Source of the DNA: Paraspadella gotoi
Taxonomy: Eukaryota; Animalia; Chaetognatha
Direction of reading: 5' to 3'
Assembly (NCBI GenBank): GCA_051294375.1
Contig: CM119270.1
Span: 1,880,811-1,944,810, forward strand
Length of the DNA stretch: 64,000 bases
The position numbers and the translations under genes were made by a program. Within the stretch, counting starts at the first letter, position 1, and every line of letters begins with the position of its first letter. The notes below the pieces were generated by a model that was not told where the DNA came from, did not search any database, and was given only the letters and a program-made list of their open reading frames with translations. This document shows, piece by piece, positions 28,601 through 47,499 of the stretch.

Positions 28601-29452
28601 CTCTTCCTCGAGCGGCAAACAAACGGACAGATATTACAGACAGACTGATAGAAAGACATTGGTTCCCGCTCATGAAACTATCTTTCTTCTTTTCAGCGAC
28701 GCGGTGGATGGAGTTGGCGGCGGAATTCGCAGAATCCGGGGGATCTCCGAGCGAGCTTCGTCCAATCATAGCCTCGGTTCCGCCTCGTCCAATTCAGAGC
28801 TTAGTGACGTCATGGAATTCGTCTGCTTCGCCGAATTTCTCCAGTTTACCAAAGGTTTGGGGGGGATAATTATTGGGATGGGATGAGATGAGAAGTTGGA
28901 ACGGGGAAGAAATACTAAAAATAAATAAGTAATATAAAAGTAAAAGATCTAAAAATTGAAAAGAATGAATTATAATGTAAAGATACAAAAAACATGTTGG
29001 TTTAAATAGGTGAAGGACCTATTGTTTATAAATTGTTCAATTGATTTTAAGTCCGCGTTCTCAAATTCCAATGATTATAAACAAAATTTTAAATTGTATT
29101 TTCTAATATTAATAGTGGGAATACTTACCATTTTAAAAAAATAACGATTTTACTCTTCCAGCCCGAGCCTTTTACAACTCAAACGTGGACAGACTCCAGA
29201 TGAAGTTAACCTCAGTCGATTCATTGTTTATGGATGAATTGTTCCCTTTAAACGTAAGTGTCTTATTTTTGTGGTTCCATTACAAATGTGGTAAACAACG
29301 CATTTTGATCTTGTAGCTATTTTTTTTGTGTTTTTAAGAGAGGGAGAGGTCATTTTGTCTAGGTTTTTAATTTAAATATGAAAGGTTTAGTTTATATTTA
29401 TAGTGAAGAAATGCGAAAAGAATTTTATAAATTTAACTTTTATTTACAATTT

Positions 29453-29490
<38 letters not shown>

Positions 29491-29737
29491 GGATTGATTG
29501 ATTGATTGATGAAAGCAGAAATCTTTAAATTATTTTGCTCCAAAAAAAAATAAATTTAATAAATTAGCCTCTTCAGTTTTACTAATAGAAACTTTTCATC
29601 ATCGCAGAAAAACTTCAAAACCTACTGGGATATTCTCGCCAGGACTTTGGGTCTGAGCGAAGGAAAGATTTCAGAAATTTATGCTCAGGTGAAAAAAACA
29701 ACATTTTTTATCCGTATCTTTTTATTGAAGGAAAACA

Positions 29738-29790
<53 letters not shown>

Positions 29791-30329
29791 GATTCATGAT
29801 ATCCGCTTTTTGTTATTTTTTCCTACGTCCAAGGACAAAACGATCATTTATCGCCGTCATTGAAAACTCGAATTTTTGAAAGCGAACACAATGTTGTTCT
29901 CGCTCTGTCTGTCGGTGGGAGCTTAAAAAAAAATTGGAGAGTTGTCGTATTGTTTGCGAAGATTTTATCCATCAAAAGCATTTAGCGAATCGTTTGAAAA
30001 TGAAGGGAATATTTAGCAAAGAAAATAATTAACAAGATTGCATGGTGCTGATTTAAACATTGATTTAGTATGTAAACATTTGGTAATCATCTCCTTTTTA
30101 CTTTTCCCCATTGGATTATCAAACTTACTTGGTTTAAAAAAAAATGCTGTTCAGTGCTTGTTATAAACAAATATTTCAATTCAACTTCGACAGTATGAAA
30201 TACAATGAATTTCTTGATTAATTTTATTAATGTTGTTTATGTCGTTGCAGTGGATAGCGAGCGGAGGAGACGATCAAGAAGCAATTCAACTCGTCGTTCT
30301 CAACTGGTTGAAGAGAACGAGCAAAAGTC
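16453..30329 (+). CDS. DTHD1: DTHD1/PIDD-like ZU5-ZU5-UPA-death domain gene, + copy (multi-exon; runs into N-gap; indel-noisy)
   Basis: GT-AG exons were read manually, allowing for indels. Low-complexity 5' exons at ~16453-16567, 17014-17210 and 17513-18020 (assignment tentative). ZU5-like exons: ~18395-18550 (LTLKVPARHL..), ~20015-20185 (PEPCQLILPHVP..TIVKI), 23511-23621 (STTDPRVKFQIHKG), 23740-23881 (..RIIQPVAIQ), 24309-24474 (VPCKAPSRPGSS), 25603-25643, 25808-25899. UPA-like exons: 26328-26479, 27170-27275, 27659-27778 (IKFRNNINKRRQSESLLIPFHAEF), 28172-28255, 28698-28854, 29162-29253. Death domain exons: 29608-29688 (KNFKTYWDILARTLGLSEGKISEIYAQ) and 30251-30329 (WIASGGDDQEAIQLVVLNWLKR). 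Family assignment rests on recalled PIDD1/DTHD1 motifs, not a search. Confidence 0.7.
16577..16760. repeat. (TTG)n microsatellite in intron
   Basis: Directly visible. Confidence 0.9.
18735..20052 (+). repeat. 42-bp minisatellite (~30 units) made of a splice acceptor plus the start of the downstream exon
   Basis: Unit CATGTCCCTTTCCAGCCCGAGCCATGTCAACTCATCCTTCCC translates HVPFQPEPCQLILP. The last unit runs into unique exon sequence. Confidence 0.95.
22865..23215. repeat. ~28-bp degenerate minisatellite (CAGGTCAGATGGGTTGATTCAAATCATT)
   Basis: About a dozen diverged units follow an acceptor-like TTCTTCAG at ~22791. Confidence 0.75.
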
Positions 30330-30984
30330 NNNNNNNNNNNNNNNNNNNNNNNNNNNNNNNNNNNNNNNNNNNNNNNNNNNNNNNNNNNNNNNNNNNNNNN
30401 NNNNNNNNNNNNNNNNNNNNNNNNNNNNNCTTTTCTTTTCTTCTTAAAATGCTAAAATCGCAAGATTGTATTAATTAATTATAATAACCTGATCAAGGTT
30501 AATTATCAATTAGTCAATTATTTATATCAATAATTAATTAATCTGTCAATTAATACAATCCAAAATAAACATTTTGGCGGATCAATATTAATTAATTAAT
30601 TCTGCCTAATTAATTAAATAATTAACTTGAATAAATTAAAATTATAATTAATTAAAGAATTAAATTAATTACCGATAATGATCGTGGGCAGATCCGACCA
30701 TTGTTTTCTCTTAAACACTGTTCCATTTTATTTGACCCACTTATCATCGAAATTATTGAAAAAATCGGATTTTTTATGCGGCTATCTTTATCGTTTTCTT
30801 AAAAAATAATTTTTACAAAAAAATTTTTTCATTGCCCTATGCATTGATATAATATTTAAATGCTTTAATGTTATACTGTGCTTCACTAGTAAAAATGTGA
30901 TAGTAAATATTGATTAAGTATATAAATGCAAAAAAATCAAATATATAATACAGAACTCTTAATGATAAAAAGTGAGCAATTTTG

Positions 30985-31732
30985 GCCCGCCTTGTGGATA
31001 AGGCGCTAAGTGGCTTGAGGATGACTATCCGTAACTTCCTATAACCCCCTTTAGTAGCCATGTGGAACGGGCTCCTGGCTTGGAAGCCAGGCTTGAAGGA
31101 GTTGCCACGCCCCCAAGGCGCGCTTACGAGACGTGCCTCACGCTTCCCACAGGGTTACGGTACCGGGTCTGGCTATGAACCCGAGGTACCTAGGGTCATG
31201 AGCTGATGGCTTTACTCAATGAGCCACCGGGTCAGAAGACTGAAGAGCTGTCATGCTTATAGGCGGGCATGAAACCTAGGACAATGCCCGACTACATGCC
31301 CCCAGATTGTAACCCACCCTGCACTGCTTCCAGTGCGAGGAGGCAGCAAATCTTCAGCATATGTCCATGGGCCTGCAATCAGAAGTTGGAATACGCTCGA
31401 CAGGATGTGGCTCACCAGTGTTGATAAAAGTGCGCTAATGTGGGCTGAAGGATGACTATCCGTTAACTTTATTCATAACCCCCTTTAGTAGCCATGGAAC
31501 GGGTCTCTGGGCTTGGAACCAGGATTGAAGGCGTTGCCACGCCCCAAGGCGGCTTACGGCGGTCCTCACGCTTCCACAGGGGTAAGGTTACCGGGTTGGG
31601 ACTGGAACCCTGAATGGTACCTAGTGGTCATGAGCTTGATGGCTTTACTCAATGAGCCACCGCGCGTCAGCGGACTGAAGGTGTACATGCTTATAGGCGG
31701 GGGTTGAACCTAGGAATGCCCGACTACACGCC
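30985..31732. repeat. GC-rich ~430-bp tandem duplication; related fragment at ~35785-35905
   Basis: 30995-31295 matches 31423-31730 (GGATGACTATCCGT..AATGCCCGACTACA). Confidence 0.85.
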
Positions 31733-32289
31733 TTAGTGAGAGTTAATCCTTTTGATCAAAAAGAAGTAAAAAAACAATTGGAGGACACACCTCTTTTGGA
31801 CAGTATTTGTATGCCATTTAATAATATTACGCTCTGTTAAAAAAAACAATTCTTATTCCAGTGCTAGCCGAGGGGAGGTCAAAAATATATATAAAACCTA
31901 ATTACTACCAAAAAAAAATATATTTGAAAATTGAAATTAATTGACTTTTTTCAAAACCGCGACATTTTTTTTTCCATCATGGTATCTATCCAATTTCATT
32001 TATAATACTTTATCGCTTAGAGAGGTGTCAAAGTAAACCTTTTCATATCGCCTTTTATATTTTGTCCATCAAATTGTTTGGAACACAAATACTAAAACTT
32101 TTTCCTTAAAATTACAATTTTATTTTGTAAATACTTGAATTTTTTGTCAAATTAAAAAAATGATATTGCGTTATAAAATATGATAAAGTTTTTATCGAAA
32201 ATATAGTTTGTATATTATTATATTTTTTTAAAAACTTAATTGAGAAAAGATAATACATTTTTAACAGTAGTTGACTAATAAATAATAAA

Positions 32290-33042
32290 TTAAGTAAAAC
32301 AATAATGTGGAAGGGAATAAAGCATTTGTTTTTAAATTAAATTTTTCTAATTTAAATCTATGCGGGGTGTACCTAGGACGAATTATTAAAGAGATAAGTT
32401 TGTTTAATGTAATTTGCACGTGAAATTGAACATTTTTTTAAATTAAAACTTAACAAAAACACAAAATTTAACAAATAATTTTAATATAAACTTTATCGTA
32501 AATCACTGTCTCAAAAAGATGATTTTCTGGATGTCTTCAATTACTTCGATTATGTTACAATGTCCAACGCCCAATTAGCGGAACAGTATATACAACATTT
32601 TTTGGACGGAAACCAAACCGAGTGCAAAAATTGGTTAGTTTTAACTCTATTCAACTTTAAAGCAATTTGTTCTGACTACGATGTATTAGAAAATCTGCTA
32701 TTTCTGCTAATCGTCTAATCAGCCGACCGTCTTCTTATAAACCAAGGAAGATTTTTTTTCAATGGAGATTTTCGCTTCAAATCTGACTACCAAACATTTG
32801 TAAACGCCCTCTGGGAACAAACTCAGGGTTAAAAAATTAAATGTAAAAACACTTGATTCCAATCCTGTTGCATTTGAAGGGCTTTCGAATTTTTTTTTCT
32901 CTTTGTCAAATAACCATTATTTTGACATCAAAACCATCAGATTCAAATGGACGGGTCCACTCTGGGAAAACAATTTTGATGAGATATTTTTATATAAAAT
33001 AAAAGGATTTTCTCAACTTAGAATACAATTTAAACGCATTTA
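32290..33042 (+). pseudogene. Degenerate BTB/BACK-domain-like gene fragment
   Basis: Translations IKEISLFNVICT*, KDDFLDVFNYFDYVTMSNAQLAEQYIQHF, then after an intron (~32633-32721) RPSSYKPRK resemble the BACK domain end and the following 'PR' motif. It contains a stop and a frameshift near 32810. Confidence 0.4.
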
Positions 33043-33597
33043 AGGTAAGTTGTGATTTTACAATAAGCCCTACAAATTCAGGAATCCGATAGCCATATGT
33101 CTGAAGGGAGTCTCAAAATTGTTCTCTACATTTTATTTGGTTATTTTAATATGATTACATCATGCTAAAGTGAATTTAGTCCATTTTGGTGAGAATTGTA
33201 TTTAAAGAGTTAAAAGATCGGAATTCGAAGAGTTTTTACCCTGCGAGTCAGATTCGGGAAAAAAATCGGTTCAAGTGGCAAAATCTTCCAAAATAAGGGC
33301 GGATTTTTCCAGAGATTTTGGTTTAATATTTTCTATATTTATGGTCTGATTTTTTTGAAACTTAACAATTGTCAATATTGCCATCATTTTACATTGGCCG
33401 AGTATAAAAATATATTACAAAACCTCTGGCTTTTTTCATCAGAGTTTTTTTATTTTTTATTGTTTTTTATTTTTTATTAATGACCAGAGTTAGTTCCTAA
33501 TAATAGTCGTGTTTAAAGTCTTAGCGTTATTTGTTGAAAAAAGTTTTTTTTTCTAAGAGTAAGGTGATTATCTGTCCTCTTCTTTGTTTTTGTGAAA

Positions 33598-34049
33598 AAG
33601 AAAAAGAAGCATAATCAATTAGTGAAACAGGTTCCTTGTTTTTTTGCATTTAAACTCATTTCCACTCTAACGATTCCATCGAAAATTGATTTCCAGCTCA
33701 ATCACACACTTTCCTACGCAAATACAAAATTTCAAGTCAATCGCCCCATCCGCTCTTGAGTAATTGGTGTTCAAATAATGAAATTTATTTTTTTATTTTT
33801 TCCATTTAAACTCATTTCCACTCAGACGATTCCATCAAAACTCCATCCAATCACGAGCAATTGGTGTTTTTGCTATGGTGGGACGGACGGATGGACGGAC
33901 GGACATCATTTTTTTTGCATAATTTATCATAATTCGATGTTCTGACATGATATAAGTTAGTGCCCGACAATATTGAGGGGGCAGACCGACAAACCGACAA
34001 AATGAATTATAGAGTCGGGATCTGCTGATAAGCAGATCCGACTAAAAAA
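33598..34049 (-). mobile_element. HINE-like family 1 copy, truncated
   Basis: Ends GTCGGGATCTGCTGATAAGCAGATCCGACTAAAAAA, with (GGAC)n at ~33880 and two central repeats. Confidence 0.7.
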
Positions 34050-34435
34050 GTGTACATTTATTTATGGCAATTAGACTAATCGAATTGTTTGCCTTAAAGA
34101 AATATATTTGTTTGTATATATTTTGAGCTTAACTTTAAACAAGACTGATCGCAATACCGCTCAAAAAAGCTAACAAAAGGCCAATTTTTAGCTTCCTGAA
34201 ATGCAAATAAATAACTTGATTGTCTTTCTGTCTCTCTCCGTTTTTCTCTCTCTCTATTTTTTCTTCAGATTCTTTAGTTTTTGTCAATTTTACTTATGCT
34301 GACGAAAAGCATAAAATTATCAACAAAAATATACATTATGTCTAAAAAATTATATTCTTCCATTATCTTTGTTTAACAATTTTAACTATAAAATAACTAT
34401 AATTATAATGATAAAAATCTTAAAAAATATCAGTG

Positions 34436-35005
34436 TATATTTAAGTGCAAAAAAAAATCGCGCCACTTATTTCAGACTTCAAAAACCACCCTATATACTT
34501 GAATTTAAAAAAAAAATAATAAAGAATTAAAGTTTAAAAGATGATAAATTTGATATGGATTTTTTTTCAAATCGAGCCATTCATTTGGGAGCAGTGACTT
34601 TTTAAAATGAAGCTTTTAGATAAAAGTTGATTTTTAAGTATACCGTCAGAATAAAAGCCTTCCCCTGGCAGGTGGCTAGGGGTTACACCGGGGGATCATA
34701 CCTAGAGATAGCTTCAAGAAATGGGCAAAAACCATATACCTAAGTATGCCCCTAAGGGGCAGCCCCTTCTATCGCCCCAAAGGGAAGGCTTTTTAGTGAT
34801 GGTATACCTCTTGGTTTTAAAACTCTCAAGTTTAAAAAAGCATATCTCCTAAACCACATGATTGATTGTAATAAAATTTGAACACCTTGATTCCTTTTTT
34901 AAAAAAAAAATGTTTTTCTTATATAATTTTTAAAAAAGATTTTAATAGAGCGTCTAGATTTTAAAAGTTATAAATTGACACGTTTTTTTTTGCACAGGAG
35001 TGTAT
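34436..35005. mobile_element. Tc1/mariner-like MITE with internal inverted repeats
   Basis: Left end GTGCAAAAAAAAATCGCGCCA; right end TGACACGTTTTTTTTTGCACAGGAGTG|TA. Inner IR TATACCGTCA..AAAAGCCTTCCC / GGGAAGGCTTTT..TGATGGTATAC. Confidence 0.55.
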
Positions 35006-35076
35006 AATCAATATTATATTTTAATTCTTATCCCTTAAATACAGCTAATTACTTTTTATAAGTATAGTAAAAAGTA

Positions 35077-37115
35077 CTATATCTGAGGTCGGCCCGGGGA
35101 CCCACGGATCCGCTGATATGTTGCGACGCCTAAGACAGAGTCGTCGAGTTTTGTTGCTTGAAGACGCAGCGTCAAGTTTTTGAAGCATCGCGTTGCTATT
35201 TAAGATATATTATGATAATATATAATATAAGATATGAATAAATATATATGTATTATGTATTATATAATAACACTTGTTGATATCCTGACAATATTTTCCG
35301 TAATGCAACTCCTTTCCAGTTCCTAATCATCTAACTCTAATTACTATTCGAAAATCCTAACAAAACAAGTCCTCAAGCCTCACTAATTTCACAACTATCC
35401 TTTCATCAAATACTCAAACCAATTTCACAATTTCACATAACCATTCATTCATCGAGTTCATCCAATAATACCTGTTTTGCATCCGATCTTTAACGAAGTC
35501 TCGAGGATATCTTTCTGTAAGTAAGAACGGGAAAGTCTCTGGCTGCGGGTGATAAAATAAGACCAATCTCGTTTCTCCTCGAAGGAGTCGTCGATCGCAC
35601 GACGGGCTCGGCTGCGATGCTGCTCCGCAGTGGATCGACTGCGGCGCGGCTTCTGTCGCGGTTTTGGAGAAACTCGGATCATCTGAGAGGTTGAGGGGGG
35701 GGCGAGAAATCTAAATATAGAACAAAAAACAGAAAGATAAGTTAAAACTTAAAACTCGAAAGAAAGTCTCGGCTGAAGACAACTCGATCCGTAACTTTCT
35801 TAAGGCGCCTCGCCAGCCTTTGAAAAGAGGTTCTGGACTTGGAAACCAGCTCAAGTTGCCACGCCCCCAAGTCAGTTGTACTCTTCCATAAGGAAGGTAC
35901 CTGGTTGTGATTTCTTGGTGAACATGTGACTAATAATGACGTTCTCGCGCAATTGCATTTAATTTCGTCTTTTATTTTTATATGATTTCTTTTTAAAGAT
36001 ACAAGGCAGCTTTAACAGTGGTTTAAATTCGAAAAAATAACAAAAGAGCAACCGAATTTAAGCAGCATTTAAGCCCCTGGTCTTAGGACCAGTTTTCTGA
36101 ATGAAACAAATACAAAAACAATTACGAATACAATGATTTTTGGTTGATATGACCGCTTTTAAGGTGACTTAACGAGTATCATACACATGCACGTTAAATG
36201 TCATATTCTGCCTCACCTTCTTACTAAATATAAACTAAGTTTATTCAGTATTATACGAGTAAAGTATTAACAGATACACGGACAAACAGACCGACCGACC
36301 GATCCGAAAAGTGACTTTTAAGTTGCGCCGTGCAATTAGAAGGATTAGATCTTTACAGTTTCTCACTTTCATCAATTAAATCACAAGATTCGTCGTGGTT
36401 GACACTTTTGTTAGATTCCGTCCATCGAGCCTGGTGGATGCAATCAGAATGAATAAATAAATAAATCAATCAATCAATAAATAGATCGGTCAATCAATCA
36501 ATTGATTAAATCATTAACCAATTGATCAACTAAATACTAATTGAATTCATTAATTATTTATTAGTATCACCGCTCCTACTTCAAATGGAATCGGTGATCA
36601 GAAGTAAACAACAATAATTTACCAAATTATTCGACTAAATTTGTTTAATATAATTTGGTTTGTAAAGTGAATTTCGCATTTTAATCTCACCTTCGCTGGA
36701 ACGAAGACGACAAGGCTGACGANNNNNNNNNNNNNNNNNNNNNNNNNNNNNNNNNNNNNNNNNNNNNNNNNNNNNNNNNNNNNNNNNNNNNNNNNNNNNN
36801 NNNNNNNNNNNNNNNNNNNNNNNNNNNNNNNNNNNNNNNNNNNNNNNNNNNNNNNNNNNNNNNNNNNNNNNNNNNNNNNNNNNNNNNNNNNNNNNNNNNN
36901 NNNNNNNNNNNNNNNNNNNNNNNNNNNNNNNNNNNNNNNNNNNNNNNNNNNNNNNNNNNNNNNNNNNNNNNNNNNNNNNNNNNNNNNNNNNNNNNNNNNN
37001 NNNNNNNNNNNNNNNNNNNNNNNNNNNNNNNNNNNNNNNNNNNNGGTTTAAATTAGATTTGAATCTATGAAGAATAAAAATCCTACCTATTAATTCAAAA
37101 TAAGATACCTGCCAT
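35077..37115 (-). CDS. Small multi-exon gene of unknown function, possibly a secreted precursor (partly in N-gap)
   Basis: ATG GCA G|GTATCT at 37115-37109. An exon ends at ~36691 (AG|GTGAG), followed by ~36430-36385 and then 35682-35473 (MIRVSPKPRQKPRRSRSTAEQHRSRARRAIDDSFEEKRDWSYF..IGCKT). The final exon ~35195-35077 (ATRCFKNLTLRLQ..GRPQI*) has its stop where the GC-rich sequence ends. A second frame is also open, so the frame is not certain. Confidence 0.5.
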
Positions 37116-37468
37116 TGTCTGCCTTGCCAACTTTTTTCTTCTTTATTTTCTCTCTCTCCTCTCACACACATCTCTCCGAGAGGTCGCTTCCAGGCCTAAA
37201 TGGTTTTTTCTAAACCATCAATGCATTCATCTCGATGCATCCAGTGATTTTTTCGAGTTTACTTCCGTCAATACTCGTCTCAATACACAGTAGCATTATC
37301 ACCTTAAACCTCCTCTTCCATCTTCCTCTCCTTCCCTCTCATCTCCTCTCTCCTCACGCGTTTCGATTTTTAACTGAATTCGACTTCGAAACACAAAATT
37401 CGATCGTGAAAAAAACAATCAAAGTGAATCTTATTCACTTAGTTGTTTGACAACGGATGAGCGGAGAT

Positions 37469-37549
<81 letters not shown>

Positions 37550-37795
37550 AACTATATCTGTCACTATTGTCGGCGATTTGTTTCGACCGCGGGAGATTCG
37601 GTGAATGAGGCTGCGCGCGATGAACGATTTTAATGAACGATTTTGCTGAACGATGATGGAGGACGTTTTTAAAAAAAAAAAAATTTCGGTGAATGATTTT
37701 TCTAAAATTGGTTGACTGGCATAAATATTTTATTTCTGTATTTTGGTTTTCATTTTCTCAGCAAGCGGATAAAGATTTTCCTGAGAAAGTGTTTA

Positions 37796-37945
37796 ATGGC
37801 TGGAATTTTTGGTAAATTTTGACTGGATTTAGGATTTAGGATTTAGGATTTAGGATTCAACAACAATTGGCCGACTTTGGGAATGAGCGAGAGCAGCACT
37901 GGACTATATCGAAGAAGACCGACTTTGCCTTACATTAAAAAATGA
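37796..37945 (+). CDS. Possible short spliced ORF (MAGIFGFNNNWPTLGMSESSTGLYRRRPTLPYIKK*) or terminal exons of a small gene
   Basis: Acceptor at 37761, donor G|GTAAAT at 37811, a 42-nt intron and acceptor at 37853. The frame is ambiguous. Confidence 0.25.
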
Positions 37946-38217
37946 CCAGATTACATTAAATATTTATTATTATTTGTATTTATTCTCTTCCTTTCTTCTC
38001 ATCTCTTCCCCTCCGCCCCCCGCAAGCTATTTCAGCTTTAATTTAAAATTTATTTTAAAAAAATATGAAGAGTTAGGTTTAGGACCAGGAATTAGGAACT
38101 GAAATGGTTGGCTTTTGGAAAATAGTGCCCAAGTTTCTTCTCTTTCTTCTCATTCTCATCTGAAAATCGGAGTTTTCGTCATCTTCGCCAAATTTTAAGC
38201 AAGTGATTTGTTTTGTG

Positions 38218-38330
<113 letters not shown>

Positions 38331-39310
38331 CTAAAACTTTCGACATTCGAAACAAAAAAAAACAACAAAAGATCAATTTGGAAGTACATGATATCGTTAA
38401 AAAACAAAAAAAAACTACACAATAATGTTTTAGGTTGTCTTACTTCGTCTGTATTCACGACAATGAATGACTGTCAACTGCGGTATATGGCCCATCATTT
38501 CTAGTACATGTTTATTATTACATCGGAATCGCGCGCTTTTATATGCAAAACTGTGTAACCACAGGGTGTTTCTTTTTTTTTTTTCTCGAAAGTGGGAGGA
38601 GGAGAGAAGTGGAGTTAATTAATTTCGACGGTCGAAGATCGAACGAACAAAAAAATCAAAAAAAAAAAAAAAAAATAGCAATCGACGGAGAAATAAAAAG
38701 ACAAAAGATCAATCGACGGAGAAATATTAAAAAACTGAAAGACAAAGAAAAAGACATCGGAAGACAAAAAGTATCTTGTTAAATTCGTTGATCTTAATTG
38801 AAAGTGAAAAAGAGACGAGATTCAAAATCAATTCACATCGGACGTGATCTTCACGGTTCAAGCGTGAACGTTCACGATCTTTGCGTCCAACTCAATTTGT
38901 TCGCGCGTCCCTTCACGCTGTGTGATTATGGATTCACGCTTTTTTTTTTGGGCCGTTTTTGATATTTTTACGTCGCGTTTATAATAGAAGATCTTCTCAT
39001 TAGGATATTTTTAGTCGTATTTAAAAATTAAAATGTATGCTATTTATTCAATAAAATATTATTCAATAATACTTTTAAAGCTTTTTTAAATCCCCGAAGC
39101 TTTAACCCTAACTAAAGCTAGTATTCCCCTAATCGATTCGTCTTAACCCTTCGCTCAAACACCCAGCGATCGTTTCAACTGCAACTGCCAATCAACCCCA
39201 ATCAACTCAGTCAGCCTCATCACCCCAATCCCCAAAAGTTTGTGCCACACACGATCAAGACGCGTCGAGATGTCAAGGTCAAACAACGACTAAGTGTTTC
39301 CGACATATTC

Positions 39311-39361
<51 letters not shown>

Positions 39362-39946
39362 TATTTTTTTTTTTCAGTCTCAGCTCGACTGATTTTTTTC
39401 ATTTAAACTCCATTGTTACAATTAGCTATATAATTGAAGAAAACAAAAAAATAAATAGATAAAAATGTCAAAGAAAAAAAATCATTTATTGTTAAATTTA
39501 AAATCAAAAACACAAAAATGAAAGTTGGCAAACTTTAATTCTAAGGAGACATAAAATTCAAATTCATCTTCCCTTTTCTCTTTGTCAGTCGCCCAAATTA
39601 ACGGTAGATAACAAAAAATTGCTGCTCACCATGTTCATTGAAACGTTTTTTAATTTAGTTACTTATTACATTTGATTTATTTACATCTTGTTAAAAAAGG
39701 CAATTATAAAAAGGGAAATTATAAAAGTTTTAAAAAAAGGGAATAAACTAAGAGAAAAAGACAATAATTATCCAGAAAGTAAACATTTTTACATTTTCCC
39801 GTCACAAACAAAGTAAAGTCTTCAAAAATATTATGAGATGTCAAAATTTTTTTTGGTATTTTTTTTATCTTCTTTTTTTTCTAACACAGAGAAAGGGTTT
39901 GAAGCCCTGTCAAAAAAACTACAATAAAACAATCATCATTGTAACG

Positions 39947-46052
<6,106 letters not shown>

Positions 46053-47434
46053 CGTGATGGAGTAAATTTTCACGTCTTAAACTGCTTGTGAAATCGCGTG
46101 ATCCGTGAGATACGGTCAACTTGACTTTTGTAAATACGTACTTCCAACTTGACGATTGTGTGAGAGAAAAGAATCCTTGGAAATTGAAGGTAATTTAAAA
46201 AAAAAAAGTGGAAATCTCCAAAAAGTCTCTTCCTGTTGTCTATTTGCAATGAAAGTTGTCTTTTACATTTGTGCCCCCCTTCAAAAAAAGGAAGGGGGGG
46301 AAAGTCGTCCCTTTATCTGTCACAACTCATAACCAACCATAAAAGAAAAAAAAAAAAAACAAAATGATTGAAAATTTGTTTCTCGTTTTTTTTCGGTCAC
46401 GTGACTCCAACCACAATTTTTTTTTCCTTCGCGCCGATCTGAGGCGCCGAGACTAAATTTCTATTTTTTTAACAGCGCCCGTGCGATTTTTTTTTAGTAA
46501 TATTTGCGCGATTTTTAATTGGATTTTTTTAGTTTTTAGCTAGTATTAATTGCGACTAAATTTTTTTTTTGAGCAAATGATCACTAATTTTTTTTAAATT
46601 AATTTTCTTCTTCGTCTAAAATCTTCTAATAGAGCGATTCTTCAATGTTCTGAGAAAATGTAAAGAAAATTTGTGAATATTATCTTCAACTAGTAAAATG
46701 ATTCTAAACCTTTCCAATATTGTCTTTGATTGCACTCAAGCTCGCGCCAATAATTTTCTTTTTTCCCTTGACAGAAGTCGTGAGAAAAAGCGTATATTAC
46801 AATATATGATTGGAATTTGTAGAAACTTCCATGATAACAAATATATTCTTTTTGTTTTCATTTCATCTACTTTAGTTAAATGCATAATATTTTTTTAGCT
46901 TTCAGTGTTATTCATAAAAGAACTTGAGTTATTAGGTATGTTTTCCACAAAGACCTGTCCTATTTCAAACTCATTCATTCTTTATTGCGCTAAAATCTTT
47001 TCATCTTATACTTTTCCAATGAAACTATTTATAGCTATTTGTTTCACAATTTCATTGCATTCTCATAGTTTATATCTCTTTTATTAAGGTTAAGACAACC
47101 AGAAAATGAATTTTAATAAAGAAAAACTTATTTTTCCTTTCAGGACATATACAACCAAGCTACAAAATGCGGTTAACTGCAAGCAAAAGGACCCAAGTTC
47201 GACTTTTACCAAGCTTGATTACATCGAGTCCTTCAAACTCGATTTTATAACTAAATTATTAATCTGTATTTTGTATACTACTATCTTTACTGAAACCTAC
47301 GCTTCATTTTCTATCGGATATAAATAAAGCAGGTAGAATTAAAAAGTCAAATAAATTTTATTTCAAGTTTCAAATTCGAAATAACAAAAACACATGGAAT
47401 AGTTAGAAGAAGCCCAGAAAGGGAGGGGGAACAC

Positions 47435-47494
<60 letters not shown>

Positions 47495-47499
<5 letters not shown>

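Noticed and set aside
28698-28854. Third death-like domain in frame RWMELAAEF..SLVTSW
   Set aside because: The cleaner - copy supports the other frame (GDAWMEVGGG..FAELLISLPK), which is phase-consistent with its neighbours.
31240-31290. Hammerhead (CTGAAGAG..GAAACCTAGG)
   Set aside because: There is no UH cleavage site after stem III, and the second copy lacks both boxes.
37853-37920. Continuation of the + DTHD1-like copy (resembles the exon at 48824-48714)
   Set aside because: Only short word matches (GATTCAAC, GGACTATATC); the translations do not align.
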